Part shown: positions 63,860 through 64,000 of the stretch, piece by piece | Position numbering within the stretch: the first letter of the stretch is position 1 | How the letters are laid out: each line of letters begins with the position of its first letter | Position numbers and translations under genes: made by a program | The notes under the pieces: model-generated | Databases searched by the model: none | Told to the model about the DNA's origin: nothing | The model's input: only the letters and a program-made list of their open reading frames with translations | NCBI GenBank assembly: GCA_030704615.1 | Contig: CM060734.1 | Span: forward strand, 51,212,001 to 51,276,000 | DNA: 64,000 nucleotides | Source: Takakia lepidozioides | Taxonomy: Eukaryota > Plantae > Bryophyta | Reading direction: 5' to 3'

Positions 63860-64000
63860 TGTCAAGTTATTTTACCACTAGTGTGAAACTAGCTAGAAAA
63901 TAGCTAGCTTTTACATATTGACATTTGGGATTGGCCCAAGTGTCAATCCAGGGGTCAAGGTAGATTTAGGCCTTGGAGTGGTTATCTTCACGGCAAGCGC
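63860..64000 (+). repeat. terminal repeat A2 of copy 2 (runs off window)
   Basis: TGTCAAGTTATTTTACC..., identical in kind to 53237 onward. Confidence 0.9.

Larger units (their letters stand above)
53237..64000 (+). mobile_element. Ty3/Gypsy-type retrotransposon carrying a DNMT3-like methyltransferase, copy 2 (3' tip outside window)
   Basis: A1 repeat, 2.8-kb leader, gag, PR-DNMT-RT-RH-INT-PHD, purine tract, B1, then start of A2. Inserted into LINE sequence. Confidence 0.93.

Noticed and set aside
53237-64000. DIRS/Ngaro tyrosine-recombinase element, suggested by the split repeats
   Set aside because: It has an aspartic protease and a DDE integrase, and no tyrosine recombinase ORF is recognisable.

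Overview
Eukaryotic, land-plant-type DNA (intron-rich and TE-dominated, with a 500-N gap at 25734-26233). There is one host gene, a kinesin-4 (17377-24774, +; 3' part not in the window), plus a decayed tandem array of B3-domain repeats. The rest is nested transposable elements. (1) Two copies (1-6738 and 53237-64000, +) of a Ty3/Gypsy-type retrotransposon whose Pol reads protease - DNMT3-like C5 cytosine methyltransferase - RT - RNase H - DDE integrase - PHD finger. Its ends are split direct repeats (A...B-A-B) rather than ordinary LTRs, and it has a self-complementary primer-binding site. (2) An Athila/Tat-like Gypsy element (26234-39136, -) with accessory ORFs, interrupted by a 2150-bp TGT...ACA insert. 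(3) L1-type LINE fragments. (4) A ~10.8-kb Mutator-like element (about 40160-50969) with a SWIM-finger DDE transposase. Divergently from it lies a spliced gene fusing a ParB/Srx-like domain to a beta-class N4C/N6A-type methyltransferase. Two introns of that gene carry twelve helically phased 24-bp palindromes. The ParB-MTase plus palindrome-array transposon and the DNMT-bearing split-repeat retrotransposon are the best candidates for undescribed systems. All TE coding regions here are decayed (stops/frameshifts), and domain calls come from motif recognition by eye, not database searches.
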